Source of the DNA: Desulfobacterales bacterium
Lineage (GTDB): Bacteria > Desulfobacterota > Desulfobacteria > Desulfobacterales > UBA5852
NCBI GenBank assembly: GCA_963674755.2
Contig: CAXXVS010000003.1
Span: 2,016,001-2,080,000, forward strand
DNA length: 64,000 bases
Direction: 5' to 3'
Notes under the pieces: model-generated
Told to the model about the DNA's origin: nothing
The model's database searches: none
Seen by the model: only the letters and a program-made list of their open reading frames with translations
Position numbers and translations under genes: made by a program
Part shown: piece after piece, positions 49,914 to 60,832 of the stretch
How the letters are laid out: each line of letters opens with the position of its first letter
Position numbering within the stretch: the stretch's first letter is position 1

Positions 49914-50503
49914 CCGGTGACAACCGTCCGCGCAAGGGGGCCCGCATCAAAGTGGAGCCCATTCGGTATCTGGCGGACATCAAACGCATCAAAAACTTTC
50001 TGATGCAACGCCCCCGCGATCTCGCTCTCTTCACGCTGGGTATCAACTCTCCTTTACGGGTGTCCGATCTGCTTGGGCTGACCTTTGGTCAGGTAGCGGA
50101 TTTGGCGCCGGGCGATTTCCTGAGCATTCATGAAAAACGTACCGGCCGACGCCTCAAGACAGGCTTCAATCATGTCTGCTGTGCGGCGGTCGCCAATCTG
50201 GTGGTGAGTTTGCCGTCCAGGCCCGATCCGGCATGCGCCCTTTTTGCGAGCCGGCGGGGCGACGTTTTGCTGCCATCCTCGGTGCACCGTTTGGTCAAAT
50301 CATGGTGCAAGGGCATCGGACTGGAAGGCAATTACGGCGCCAATACGCTTCGGAAAACCTGGGGCTATCACCAGTTCGCAACCTTCGGTACGGATCTGGC
50401 CCGCTTGAGGTCCTATTTCCATCACCCCACCCGTCGGCAAACCCTCGATTATCTTTGTCTCGTGCCGGAAGATTTCAAAAGCATTTTCGACCATGAATTG
50501 TGA
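49910..50503 (+). CDS. Short tyrosine recombinase/integrase (catalytic domain only)
   Basis: RDLALF..GINSPLRVSDLL, EKRTG, NTLRKTWGYH, HH...TLDY. Confidence 0.88.
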   Translation: MTGDNRPRKGARIKVEPIRYLADIKRIKNFLMQRPRDLALFTLGINSPLRVSDLLGLTFGQVADLAPGDFLSIHEKRTGRRLKTGFNHVCCAAVANLVVSLPSRPDPACALFASRRGDVLLPSSVHRLVKSWCKGIGLEGNYGANTLRKTWGYHQFATFGTDLARLRSYFHHPTRRQTLDYLCLVPEDFKSIFDHEL

Positions 50504-50795
50504 CACCTTCCATTGAAGGGCTGAACCTGCGATAAGAGAATTTTCCCCCGGGAAGGTGTCGGGCCCCACCCGATGGTTCTTGCAATGCCCCTTGATCAAA
50601 TCGTGCGCTTGCCCTATGATAGCCTTCCAATTCCACCAGGTCCGGACCTTTTCAAAATCGACGCGCGACCGGCCGCGCGCCCGATCGATCACCATGACGG
50701 ACAGCTTTCCCCTTCGTCAAGAAATATGTCATTCCCGGCGACCGCCCGGTGTGCACCGCGGTCCTAACCCTAACCGTCCATATAAGGAAAACACC

Positions 50796-51374
50796 ATGCA
50801 CAGACAATGGGAGATCATGGCCACACTCATTTGCATCGTCTTGATGCTGACCACCGGCGGCTGCCAGAAAACCGTCATCGGTTCCGGGGAGGCCATGCGC
50901 GGTCCCGGCCCGGGTGCCGGCGCGGCAGGCTCCGGTGAAACGGGCACCATGGGCGAGGAGGACTTGTCCGGGCAGTCCCGGATTGACGAGGGACCCGTGG
51001 ACGAGATCGTTACGGCCGATGGAACCGTCATGAACCGCGAGCGCTTTATCAACGAGGATATCTTTTTCGAGTTCGACAGTTCGACCCTCAGCCCCCAAGC
51101 CCAGGCCATATTGAAAGCCAAGGCCGAATGGATGGCACGCAATCCCCATTTGAACATCGTCATCGAAGGCCATTGCGACAATCGGGGTACCACGGAGTAT
51201 AACCTGGCGCTGGGTGAGCGGCGTGCCGAGAGCGTCAAACGCTATCTTGAGGATCTGGGAGTTTCCGGGAGTCGGATCAGAACCATCAGTTACGGCGAAG
51301 AGCGGCCGCTTGTCAAGGGGGACAATGAAGACGCCTGGGCCAAGAACAGACGCGCCCATTTCGAGTTTGACTAG
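50796..51374 (+). CDS. pal: Peptidoglycan-associated lipoprotein (OmpA-like domain)
   Basis: Lipobox-like [44 protein letters not shown]. Confidence 0.92.
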   Translation: MHRQWEIMATLICIVLMLTTGGCQKTVIGSGEAMRGPGPGAGAAGSGETGTMGEEDLSGQSRIDEGPVDEIVTADGTVMNRERFINEDIFFEFDSSTLSPQAQAILKAKAEWMARNPHLNIVIEGHCDNRGTTEYNLALGERRAESVKRYLEDLGVSGSRIRTISYGEERPLVKGDNEDAWAKNRRAHFEFD

Positions 51375-51443
51375 TCCGCCCCGCGTTTCGGCCTGTTCCG
51401 ACCGGAAACGGCCTTTCAGGGACCCGTATAGAACCGCCTAAGC

Positions 51444-52007
51444 CTAGTTCGCCTGGCCCTGGGAAGGTGCTTCGCGATTGTGCGGCCGGGGTTCCCGCGG
51501 GGAAGTATCATGAGGTCTCGGCCGCGGCGGTTGCCAGGCAGGGGGCGTGTCGCCCGGAGGGCGATGGCCCGGCGGACGATGTCCGGGCGGCCGCCAACCG
51601 GGCGGACCGTACCAGCGATACGGATAATAAACCCCGTAGGAGCGGTCTTCCTCTTCTTGCTCCTTCAGTTCCTGTTCCAAACGATCGGCCTTGCGCTGGG
51701 CCGCTTCTGCCTGGCGGCGTGCTTCCTCGGCCTTGCGTTCAGCTTCCTCCAGGCGTTCCTGGAGCGCGTCCTGTTCGGCCTCCTCCAGCATGGCATCTTC
51801 CTGCCGCCGGCGCTGATCTTCCGTTGCGGGATCGTGGGGGAGCTCCTCCATCAGCGCGGTGGCGTTCTCGCCGTCCGGGGGCTTCGTGTTGGTGTAGTGA
51901 CGGACGCCCTTTTGGTCTGTCCAGTAGTAAAGATCGGCCGCGGCGGGCCATATATCCGTCAGGAGCAGGAGCATAACAAGCCCGGCGATGCGGAGGAATG
52001 CGGTCAT
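51444..52007 (-). CDS. DUF4124-like secreted protein with coiled coil and Pro-rich tail
   Basis: Signal peptide then DLYYWTDQKGVRHYTNTKP; repeated PPG(W/H)R units. Confidence 0.8.
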   Translation of the reverse strand: MTAFLRIAGLVMLLLLTDIWPAAADLYYWTDQKGVRHYTNTKPPDGENATALMEELPHDPATEDQRRRQEDAMLEEAEQDALQERLEEAERKAEEARRQAEAAQRKADRLEQELKEQEEEDRSYGVYYPYRWYGPPGWRPPGHRPPGHRPPGDTPPAWQPPRPRPHDTSPREPRPHNREAPSQGQAN

Positions 52008-52038
52008 GCCGACCTACCTTTCAGAAGCTGTCATTGCC

Positions 52039-52581
52039 TCAGGGCGTATGCCAGAAATCCCAGCTGATGCCGCCGTCGTCCATACCCGGCGTAGCGCCCC
52101 GCCCGCCGTCACTCATGCGGCCCTGGTAGCTGAAGGCCACCGACCGGGTTGCTTCAGGAACAGTATATTGCCGTTGAAAGGACCATTTTATGAAAAAGGG
52201 TTGGGTGCCAGGGTTGGCTTGCCATAACGGGTAGCTTGCCAGAATCTGGCCGTCGCCGTCCACGGCATAAGCGTTGACCCGCAGGAAATCAACCACGGTG
52301 TAATTGGCCAGGTTGCTCTGGAGCTTGACCTGGCCGGCCAGGTTGAGTTGGTCACCCTCGAGGATGTAGGTGCCCTCGATGATGATATCATTGGTTTGCC
52401 ATTGGAGTTGATGGTCTCCGCCCCGAACGAGAGGGACGATGCTTTCCGATCGGGCAAAACGCCCGTTGTAGGATAAGATGCCACTGGCGCAAGCCACTAG
52501 CCCCACCAGACTGAACAGCACCCCGAGCCGCAGGATGCGGCCTGATCCGTGACGCGTTCGTTTTTGATGTGGTTCTTTCAT
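52039..52581 (-). CDS. Hypothetical lipoprotein
   Basis: Lipobox LVAC after a basic and hydrophobic N-terminus; beta-rich body. Confidence 0.75.
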   Translation of the reverse strand: MKEPHQKRTRHGSGRILRLGVLFSLVGLVACASGILSYNGRFARSESIVPLVRGGDHQLQWQTNDIIIEGTYILEGDQLNLAGQVKLQSNLANYTVVDFLRVNAYAVDGDGQILASYPLWQANPGTQPFFIKWSFQRQYTVPEATRSVAFSYQGRMSDGGRGATPGMDDGGISWDFWHTP

Positions 52582-52775
52582 GATATCGGCCCCTGTTCTC
52601 CCCTTCGATTGCCCATATGGTAAGGCTTTCTTGCCGGCAAGCGCCCCTTCGGCTTGCCAAGGCGGCACGCTGCCGCCCATGAGACGAATGGTAAGACGAA
52701 AAAGGGCGGGGTCAACGCTTCCGGCCAAGCGGCACGGGTCGTTTCAATAGGCCGACCGGGGGCCGGTCCGGTTTC

Positions 52776-53387
52776 TCAGGGCAGGGGCACCGGCGGAGGA
52801 GCGACCGCCTCCGAGGTGGGAGGCACGATGGGACCTCGATCGCAGCATGTTTCGCGAAAACGTCGGGCCGTTTCCATTTCCTGCTGCCACTGCGCCAGTT
52901 TGCCGTCCGGCCCGGTGAATCGGGTCTGCTTGAACTGCTGGCTTAAGCGCTCCCGCGCCGCAAAGGTGCGTCGGGCCAGGTTCTCATCAGGCGCCAGGGC
53001 TTCCCACACATATTGCCAATAGTCGTTACGGTCCAGGGCGACATACATGGTCTGATGATCAGGGTCGAAATAGCGGCCTTGCACGGGCAGCCAGCGGTTG
53101 GAAGCGGAGGTTGCCACCCCCTGCTGCTGTTTGACGCGGGCCAGGTAGTGGGGCACGGATTCATCCGGTCGGCGGTCAACCCGGGCCAAAATGATGGCGG
53201 GATCGTGCATCAGTTCGCCGACGGTGGCCAACAGCGCCTGGTCCCGTTGGATGACATCGTTCGTCTGGCGGCATTGGCGTTCCAACTCCTGGGGTGCCGC
53301 CGGGCAGTAAATCCATTCCTGAGCCTGCAGAGGCGCGGCTGCCAGGAGGAGGAAAACAGCGATCCCGTTTCGTATCCGGTTCAACAT
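52776..53387 (-). CDS. Hypothetical secreted protein
   Basis: Signal peptide ending APLQA; four Cys; start 53387 or 53414. Confidence 0.7.
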   Translation of the reverse strand: MLNRIRNGIAVFLLLAAAPLQAQEWIYCPAAPQELERQCRQTNDVIQRDQALLATVGELMHDPAIILARVDRRPDESVPHYLARVKQQQGVATSASNRWLPVQGRYFDPDHQTMYVALDRNDYWQYVWEALAPDENLARRTFAARERLSQQFKQTRFTGPDGKLAQWQQEMETARRFRETCCDRGPIVPPTSEAVAPPPVPLP

Positions 53388-53652
53388 GGTGATGAATTTT
53401 CCCGATGGGCCCATTGGTTGTTTAAAGAAGGCCTATCCATTATCTCTGGATGGACACGGGAGAGCGTGGAAGACCCTAAACGTTCTCGTCAAGCCATAGC
53501 ACATTTCCGGCAACGGGGAAATGGGCGGCCGTGAGCGGTCGTTGACAAGGGGTGCTGAAGTTGTAGAATACGCCCATCTTTTGGCCGTCGCAAGCGCGGC
53601 CGGCCGTGGTGCGGTCGGGCCTGCGATGCGTGCCCAACGAACAGGAGCCCTT

Positions 53653-54483
<831 letters not shown>

Positions 54484-54492
54484 AGAAGACGG

Positions 54493-55575
54493 ATGACGTT
54501 AGCGAAGCTTAAAGGGTGGCTGCGGCGCATTGCGACGGTGGAAGGCCGGGAAAAGATCGCCGACAGTCCTGATACCCCCGGCCAGCCGGTCCGGGCCGAA
54601 GCGGAGCGATCCCGTTTGGTCGGCCAATCCCCTGATCGTCATCAGGCTGTTTCCGGAAAGCCGCGTCCCCCGGCCGGCAAACAGACGGCTGTTCAGCCTG
54701 CGGCTTCAAAAGCCCGTGTACGACGGACGACCCGGCAGGGCATCCCGATTTTAAACCCGGATGAAGACCTGGCACATCATTTCCTGGCCCGTGCGGACGT
54801 GCCGGAGGGGGCGCCGTCGCAGAACGCGTCCGGTCGCGAGGCCCCGGAGGGCACGGAGCGCTCCGGCCCGGCGGTCCGGCACCATGCCACCAAGGGGCGC
54901 AGGAAGAGGTCATACCGCAACCGGGCGGGGATCCGCCAACTGGACGCGCAGCGCGATCTTAGCGACTATTTTCTGCCCGCCGCGTCGGAGGAAAGCACCG
55001 CCGCCCGGCAGCCCGCCTTGAAAACGGAGAACCCTGCTCCGACGAAGATCGGACGGAGACCCAAGGTTGCCGCTGAGACCGATCGACACGGCATCCCGCG
55101 TCTGGACGATCAGACCGATTTACGCCGCTTTTTCGAAACGGCATTGGAAGACGAAGCGATTGCGGAAGATCAAGAACTGGGTGAAGTCTTCCGGGCTTCT
55201 CTGGATCACGATGCCCAGCGCCTGATGAAGAAAAAGACAGGCGGATTTTTTGCGCCCCGCCAGCTATCCCTCAAAGAAAAACTCCGCCGCTATCCCGCCC
55301 CCCAGGCCCAGCTGGATCTCCACGGCGATACGGCGCTCATCGCCCAACAGCGGGCCGACAGCTTCCTCCGAAAGGCCGGCGCGACTGGGACCCTGACCGT
55401 ACGCATCATCGTGGGCAAGGGCCTGCACTCCGAAGACGGCGCCGTGCTGCCCGACGTGATCGAAGATCTTCTGGTGGCCCTGAAACGCGACGGCCGGGTG
55501 CTGACCTTCCGCTGGGATAAAGGCCTCAAGCGCAAGAGCGGGGCAGTCATCGTTTATCTGGAACCGCCGTTTTAG
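54493..55575 (+). CDS. Smr/MutS2-domain protein
   Basis: C-terminal LDLHG...IIVGKGLHS...GAVIVYL; long low-complexity N-terminus with three short repeats. Confidence 0.88.
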   Translation: MTLAKLKGWLRRIATVEGREKIADSPDTPGQPVRAEAERSRLVGQSPDRHQAVSGKPRPPAGKQTAVQPAASKARVRRTTRQGIPILNPDEDLAHHFLARADVPEGAPSQNASGREAPEGTERSGPAVRHHATKGRRKRSYRNRAGIRQLDAQRDLSDYFLPAASEESTAARQPALKTENPAPTKIGRRPKVAAETDRHGIPRLDDQTDLRRFFETALEDEAIAEDQELGEVFRASLDHDAQRLMKKKTGGFFAPRQLSLKEKLRRYPAPQAQLDLHGDTALIAQQRADSFLRKAGATGTLTVRIIVGKGLHSEDGAVLPDVIEDLLVALKRDGRVLTFRWDKGLKRKSGAVIVYLEPPF

Positions 55576-55821
55576 ACGTCATTCACAACAAGCGATTATC
55601 CATTCCATTCCGTCCCGCCTAACCTACTTTCCTCCCTCTTCGTTTTCACCAGATACCTATCGAAGTGGGAAATCGATTTCTCTCGTCCATATCGTTTGGG
55701 AATAATATGGGAAATAAATTACCTATATTCGCAAAGCAGATTTCTAAGAACAGTCCTCGTATTACCGCATAAATTTTATAACCATCTAAAATTATATGTA
55801 AATTCATCTATCAGGGCGGCG

Positions 55822-55837
55822 TGGCACACAGCTTGCT
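55822..55837 (+). promoter_or_regulatory. Sigma-54 promoter of the PEP-CTERM gene
   Basis: TGGCACACAGCTTGCT, near-consensus -24/-12, with AT-rich upstream region. Confidence 0.8.
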
Positions 55838-55896
55838 ATCTACCTGGCTAACAGAACGGTTAGGTTCATTTCTGACATCAACGGAGGAAAAGTAGC

Positions 55897-56553
55897 ATGC
55901 GAAGGTGGATTGTTCTAACGGCGGTATTTTTAGTGGTGGTTTGCAGTGGGTTGGCGCAAGCTTTAACGCTGTCAGAGGATGCCCAGCTCAATATTATCAA
56001 AGAGGGTTCCTACTGGACGCAATTGCATTACAATCTTGACGGAAATGACATGACTGCCGATTCAGGGCGGTTTCATACCTTTGTGACGCAATACGGCAAG
56101 ACCATCGACACCTATTCCTATTGTATTGATCCCGAACAGGTCTTTTACTGGGACACACCCTTCGAGGTTGATTTAAAATCGTCGAATCCGGATTACATGG
56201 CGGCGGCATGGCTGGTATACAACTTCGATCCTTTCGACGGTGTGAATAAATTGGCGGGTGACAATATAGATGTGATAGCAGCCCTGCAGATAGCCGTTTG
56301 GGAAAGTGTACTTCCAGGGAGATTCAGCTATAACTATGGAAACAACGATGCCGTTGACGACTTGTACACTTCCATGATGGGTGCACTCTCAAAAGCCGAG
56401 TATTCGGGTATCCAGGGTCAGTATGCTGCTGCCGTTAGCGGGACCATGCAGGATCAGCTGGTGGCTGCTCCGGTGCCCGAACCCGCCACCATGCTTCTCA
56501 TGGGTATCGGCCTCTTGGGGCTGGGGGTGGTCGGCCGCAAGCGGCTCAAATAA
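55897..56553 (+). CDS. PEP-CTERM exosortase-target protein
   Basis: Signal peptide; YCID and ALQIAVWE motifs; VPEPATMLLMGIGLLGLGVVGRKRLK tail. Confidence 0.92.
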   Translation: MRRWIVLTAVFLVVVCSGLAQALTLSEDAQLNIIKEGSYWTQLHYNLDGNDMTADSGRFHTFVTQYGKTIDTYSYCIDPEQVFYWDTPFEVDLKSSNPDYMAAAWLVYNFDPFDGVNKLAGDNIDVIAALQIAVWESVLPGRFSYNYGNNDAVDDLYTSMMGALSKAEYSGIQGQYAAAVSGTMQDQLVAAPVPEPATMLLMGIGLLGLGVVGRKRLK

Positions 56554-56569
56554 TCGCATAGGCATTCTT

Positions 56570-56619
56570 CAATAAAAAAGCGGAGGATCTCTCGCGGGAG
56601 ATCCTCCGCTTTTTTATTG
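56570..56619. terminator. Bidirectional rho-independent terminator
   Basis: AATAAAAAAGCGGAGGATCTC...GAGATCCTCCGCTTTTTTATT between convergent genes. Confidence 0.9.
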
Positions 56620-56637
56620 GATAGGCAGATCCCCTCG

Positions 56638-56946
56638 TCAGCGGGAGGATGGATCGGGGGCGCCTAATTGACGTTGTTTGGCTTCCAATTTGCGGATGGC
56701 CCGGGGAATCTGACGGGCCTGAACTTCCAATTCGGAAATGCGGTCTTTGAGAGTTTCGATTTTTTCCAGGAGGGCTTCATCAACAGGCTTTTCGGCCTGG
56801 TAGAGGGTCAGGGTGAAGCTGAGACGGTTGATTTCCTCTTCGGTGGCCGCTTTTTCGGCATACTTGTCTTCGGTTTCCTTGCGAATCCGGAAAATTTCCT
56901 TCTGAAGCTCGGTCAGCACCTTTTTGGCTTTGGGCATGGGTAGCAT
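56638..56946 (-). CDS. Hypothetical coiled-coil protein
   Basis: Charged heptad-like sequence; AAAGGA RBS; minus-strand TTGACA at 57058-57063. Confidence 0.75.
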   Translation of the reverse strand: MLPMPKAKKVLTELQKEIFRIRKETEDKYAEKAATEEEINRLSFTLTLYQAEKPVDEALLEKIETLKDRISELEVQARQIPRAIRKLEAKQRQLGAPDPSSR

Positions 56947-57086
56947 GAATCCTTTCCGGTGCCCGGTTGCACCGCCTTTCTTAAAGGCGTTTGATCCTTC
57001 GGTGCAGGGGGCAACGATTTATTGCATAAATGACTAATTTAATAATTATAAATGGATTGTCAATATGAGGCTGTCCGGGCCGGGGA

Positions 57087-58550
57087 TCAGGGGGTTTGAT
57101 CCTTGGATACGTAGAAGTCCTCGATCAGGCCCCTGGCTTTCAGCTCGCTGCCGTAGGCCAGCGCTTCGGCCTTGTCCGGGAAATGGGCGATGCGAACCTG
57201 ATACCAGGTTTTATCGTTGCTGTGGGCCTTGACGAGGTAGACATCGATGGATTGCTTCCGAAGTTCTTCCAGGTAGTGTTCCGCATGTTCAGGCTTGAGG
57301 TAGGCTGCCACCTGAAGGGTGAAAGGCTTGGGCGATGGGGCGGGAACCGTCGCCGGCACTATCACAGGCTGGGGTTCCGGAGGTGTCGCGGGCGTTAAAT
57401 AACCAACTGTATTTATAAGGAAAGCGATTGTCAGGATGCCCAGGCCGGCTGTCAGACTCCAGGTGATGCTGCGACGCAGCCGCGGAGAGCGGCGCAAGGT
57501 ATGAACGACCGCCGTCAGCCCCTTTCCGATGCGCTCCTTGAAATTGGAACCCCGCTTTAGGAGGCGAATCAAGGCGCCTTTCAGGTTCGGTTCGCCGGTC
57601 AGACCGGTCGGTCGCGCCGGGGAGCCTTCCAGTCGATAGCTGCCGGAGGGTGGCACGAAACCGGATGACATGCGGGCCAGGGTATCGTCATCCACGGCGC
57701 CGATGATGTCTCGGGCCTGGGCCAGCCAGGCCGCATTGCGTTCGGATGGGAGGACCCACCGCAGGCAGGCGGCCAGGCCGCAGCGCAACGTCTCCCAGGA
57801 AGTTTCCCGGCGGGCGGTCTCCAGGTAGACGGGCAGGGCCCATTCATCGGAACGCCCTTCTGCCAGGAAAACGCGTGACAGGTCAAGGGCCAGGTCGGCA
57901 AATCGTTCCGGGGAAACCGACATGACGCGGCGGTAGACCTGTAAGGCGGGGAAATCCGTCTGTTTGGCCTGCAGGTAAAGCCGGGCCAATGCCACCTGGA
58001 CGGTCGTGTCGCCGACCTGGGCTTCGCCGATGCGCACGGCCAGTTCCTGCTGCCGGGGCGTCAGTCCGCCTTGATAGGCCCTGGCCTGCAACCAGGTCTG
58101 GGCGATTTCCGTGTCACTGGGATCGATTTCAAGATAGCGCTCCAGGAAACCGTCGGCGGCTTCATGTTTTTCCGTCTGGGCGGCATACATGCGGGCCATG
58201 CGCGAGACCAGAGCGGGGACTCCGGAGCGGCGGGCCGCCGGCGCTATCAAAAAACTGCCGTACAGGGAGAGGACCTTCTGGTAGGCCCGTTCGGCTCTGT
58301 CCATATCCCCGCTGCGCTCCCAGACACCGGCCTCATGGAGAAGGGGGAGGATCATGCGCTGGGCCAGTCGGGAGGCCAGCCATCCGCTTCCGGCATAGCA
58401 GATGAAGAACAGGACAGCCAGTACGGTCAGCGGCACGGCCAGCCCGCCGGTCCGGTCCCATTGGGACAATATCCCCAGGCACAGCGGAACCGCCACCGCG
58501 GTCGCGGCCCAGATTTTGAAGGCGGTATGTTTCAAGGTCTGGATGGCCAT
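57087..58550 (-). CDS. Membrane protein with TPR-like region and C-terminal SPOR domain
   Basis: Two N-terminal TMs, helical repeats, a further TM, then FTLQVAAY...WYQVRIAHF. Confidence 0.85.
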   Translation of the reverse strand: MAIQTLKHTAFKIWAATAVAVPLCLGILSQWDRTGGLAVPLTVLAVLFFICYAGSGWLASRLAQRMILPLLHEAGVWERSGDMDRAERAYQKVLSLYGSFLIAPAARRSGVPALVSRMARMYAAQTEKHEAADGFLERYLEIDPSDTEIAQTWLQARAYQGGLTPRQQELAVRIGEAQVGDTTVQVALARLYLQAKQTDFPALQVYRRVMSVSPERFADLALDLSRVFLAEGRSDEWALPVYLETARRETSWETLRCGLAACLRWVLPSERNAAWLAQARDIIGAVDDDTLARMSSGFVPPSGSYRLEGSPARPTGLTGEPNLKGALIRLLKRGSNFKERIGKGLTAVVHTLRRSPRLRRSITWSLTAGLGILTIAFLINTVGYLTPATPPEPQPVIVPATVPAPSPKPFTLQVAAYLKPEHAEHYLEELRKQSIDVYLVKAHSNDKTWYQVRIAHFPDKAEALAYGSELKARGLIEDFYVSKDQTP

Positions 58551-58570
58551 TCCGTTAATGAATCCCCTTG

Positions 58571-60658
58571 TCAGTCTTTGGGCAGGTCCTCTTCCATGAT
58601 GCCTTCTTCCGGTTGGGCCGCCGGCCGCGCCGGCCCCGGGAGCGGCGTCGCGAACAGGCCTTCAGGGCGGCTTTCCACCACCGTGCCGCTGGCCGCCTGA
58701 CCGTCGGTCAGCGCCACTTGCAGGGTCTCCCGCGTCAGCGCATCCGGCGGGCGTCCGGTCTGAGGATCGATCGTTTCCAGATGGATATCTTCAGGCATGG
58801 TGAAATCGCGCACCGGTTCGCCCTCCATGGCCTGTTTCATGAAGCGGGCCCAAATGGGTGCGGCCGCGCGGCCGCCGGTGATGCCGACGCCGTTGCGGTC
58901 GCGCAGGGAGCGGTTCTTGTCGAAGCCCACCCAGACGGAGGTACTAAGGGTGGGGGTGAACCCGATGAACCAGGCATCCTGGTAGCTGTTGGTGGTGCCC
59001 GTCTTACCGGCGGCCGGCAAATCAAACCCCAGGCGACGCACCGCCCGTCCCGAGCCCTGATCCACAACCCCCTTCATCATGTCGACGATCTGGTAGCTAA
59101 GATCCGGTTCGAGCACCCGCCGGCCGCTGACAAGGTGTTCCTCGAGGATGCGGCCCTGGGAGTCTTCGACGCGGGCGATCCAGAAGGGGTCGTGGCGGAT
59201 GCCGCCGGTGGCGAAGGTCGCGAAGGCGCCGGCCATTTCCAGCGGGCTGACCCCCGAAGTCCCCAGCGACAGGGAATAGACGGGTTTCAGCGGGCTTTGG
59301 ATCCCGCAGCGCCGGGCCGTGTCCACCACGGCTTCCGGCCCGCTGCGTTCGATCAGCTGGGCCGCAATGGTGTTGACGGAGTCCATCAGCGCTTTCTTGA
59401 GCACGATGGGCCCGTGGAACGTGCGGCCGAAATTGCGCGGCTGCCAATCGGCGGCGCCGCGCACCGGAACGGTCAGGGGGCGGTCCACCATGACGGTGGC
59501 CGGCGAATAGCCGAGTTTTTCAAGGGCGGCGTAGTAGGTGAAGGGTTTGAATCCCGAACCGACCTGGCGCTGGTTTTGGATGGCGCGATTGTAGGCGGTT
59601 TCCGCATAGTTGCGCCCCCCCACAAGGGCTTTGAGAGCGCCCGATTGGGCGGCTACGGCCACCAGGGCGCCCTGGAGCGGCTGGGGTTCGTCGGCCGTTT
59701 CCGGGGCGGTGGTGCCGGTGGTCTCGGCAAGATTGTCGAGCCCGGCCAAGAGAGCCTCTTCCGCCCAGGTCTGCAGTTGGGGATCGAGTGTGGTGGTGAC
59801 CTTGAGCCCGCCGTGGTGCACCACATCGGTGCCATAGCGATTTTCCAGATCGCGGATGACCATATCCAGAAAATAGCCGCCCGGACGGGCCTTTCGCGGG
59901 GAGGATGCCAGGTGGATCGGACTGAATCCGGCCTCCTCGGCCTGTTGGCGGGTAATATAGCCGGTGGCCACCATGCGTGCCAGCACCACGCGCTGCCGTC
60001 TTTGGGCGCGTTCCATGTGCCGGTAGGGATTGTAGCGCGTGGGGGATTTGGGCAGGCCGGCCAGCAGGGCGGCTTCGGACAGCGTGAGTTCCGAAGCGGT
60101 TTTCCCGAAAAAGACCCGGGCCGCCTGTTCGATGCCGTGGGCCTGGGGACCGAAGGCGATCTGGTTGATATAGGCTTCCAGAATGTCTTCCTTGCTGTAG
60201 CGCGATTCGATCTGGAAGGCCACCAGCAGCTCGCGGAATTTGCGCATATAGCTGCGCTCAAAGGAGAAAAAGAGGTTTTTGGCCAACTGCTGGGTAATGG
60301 TGGAGGCGCCCTGGATGCGGTCGGGCTGCAGGAGCGTGATCCACAAGGCTTTCAGGGTACGCAGTTTGTCGATCCCGTGATGCCCCCAGAAACGATGGTC
60401 TTCGGTGGCGACGACCGCGTTGATAAAGTCGGTGGAAACCCGGTTGAGCGGGATGGCTTCGCGGCCGCCGATGACCATGAGGCGCTCGCCCGTGGCGGCA
60501 AAGATTTCCGTGGGCGGGGTCTCGATGATGCGGCTCAGGGGATCGGGCACCCGGGGGAGATCCTGGGCCACGACCAGCAGCAGAACCGCCAGCCCCAAAA
60601 GCGCCACACCGGCGATGGTCAAGCCGCCATAAAAAGCGGTGCGTAAGAAACGGATCAT
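58571..60658 (-). CDS. Class A penicillin-binding protein (PBP1A family)
   Basis: EDHRFWGHHG, GASTITQQLAK, RKFRE; transpeptidase SGFK, SVN, KTG. Confidence 0.95.
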   Translation of the reverse strand: MIRFLRTAFYGGLTIAGVALLGLAVLLLVVAQDLPRVPDPLSRIIETPPTEIFAATGERLMVIGGREAIPLNRVSTDFINAVVATEDHRFWGHHGIDKLRTLKALWITLLQPDRIQGASTITQQLAKNLFFSFERSYMRKFRELLVAFQIESRYSKEDILEAYINQIAFGPQAHGIEQAARVFFGKTASELTLSEAALLAGLPKSPTRYNPYRHMERAQRRQRVVLARMVATGYITRQQAEEAGFSPIHLASSPRKARPGGYFLDMVIRDLENRYGTDVVHHGGLKVTTTLDPQLQTWAEEALLAGLDNLAETTGTTAPETADEPQPLQGALVAVAAQSGALKALVGGRNYAETAYNRAIQNQRQVGSGFKPFTYYAALEKLGYSPATVMVDRPLTVPVRGAADWQPRNFGRTFHGPIVLKKALMDSVNTIAAQLIERSGPEAVVDTARRCGIQSPLKPVYSLSLGTSGVSPLEMAGAFATFATGGIRHDPFWIARVEDSQGRILEEHLVSGRRVLEPDLSYQIVDMMKGVVDQGSGRAVRRLGFDLPAAGKTGTTNSYQDAWFIGFTPTLSTSVWVGFDKNRSLRDRNGVGITGGRAAAPIWARFMKQAMEGEPVRDFTMPEDIHLETIDPQTGRPPDALTRETLQVALTDGQAASGTVVESRPEGLFATPLPGPARPAAQPEEGIMEEDLPKD

Positions 60659-60678
60659 AGCAGTCTAGTATTTCTCTA

Positions 60679-60821
60679 TTGGCCATCCATAAATGGCATC
60701 TTTCGGCCCTGGCCGGCGTTCTCGCTCTTTGGAAATTCTCGACGCAGCTCGACTATACCTGCGGTTTCCAAATCGTTGCGGCCTTGACCGGAACCAAAAT
60801 CCCGCATTTCTGGACGGACAC
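60679..60821. mobile_element. MITE-like repeat family B, copy 4
   Basis: TTGGCCATCCATAAATGGCATCTTT...GCATTTCTGGACGGACAC flanked on both sides by TCTCTA (60673-60678 and 60822-60827). Confidence 0.8.
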
Positions 60822-60832
60822 TCTCTAACGGT

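Noticed and set aside
49910..50503. Integrase as a prophage or island boundary
   Set aside because: No tRNA, att repeat or phage/cargo genes nearby; flanks look like ordinary chromosomal genes.
51550..51606. 15-nt tandem repeat
   Set aside because: Encodes the PPG(W/H)R low-complexity tail of the DUF4124-like protein.
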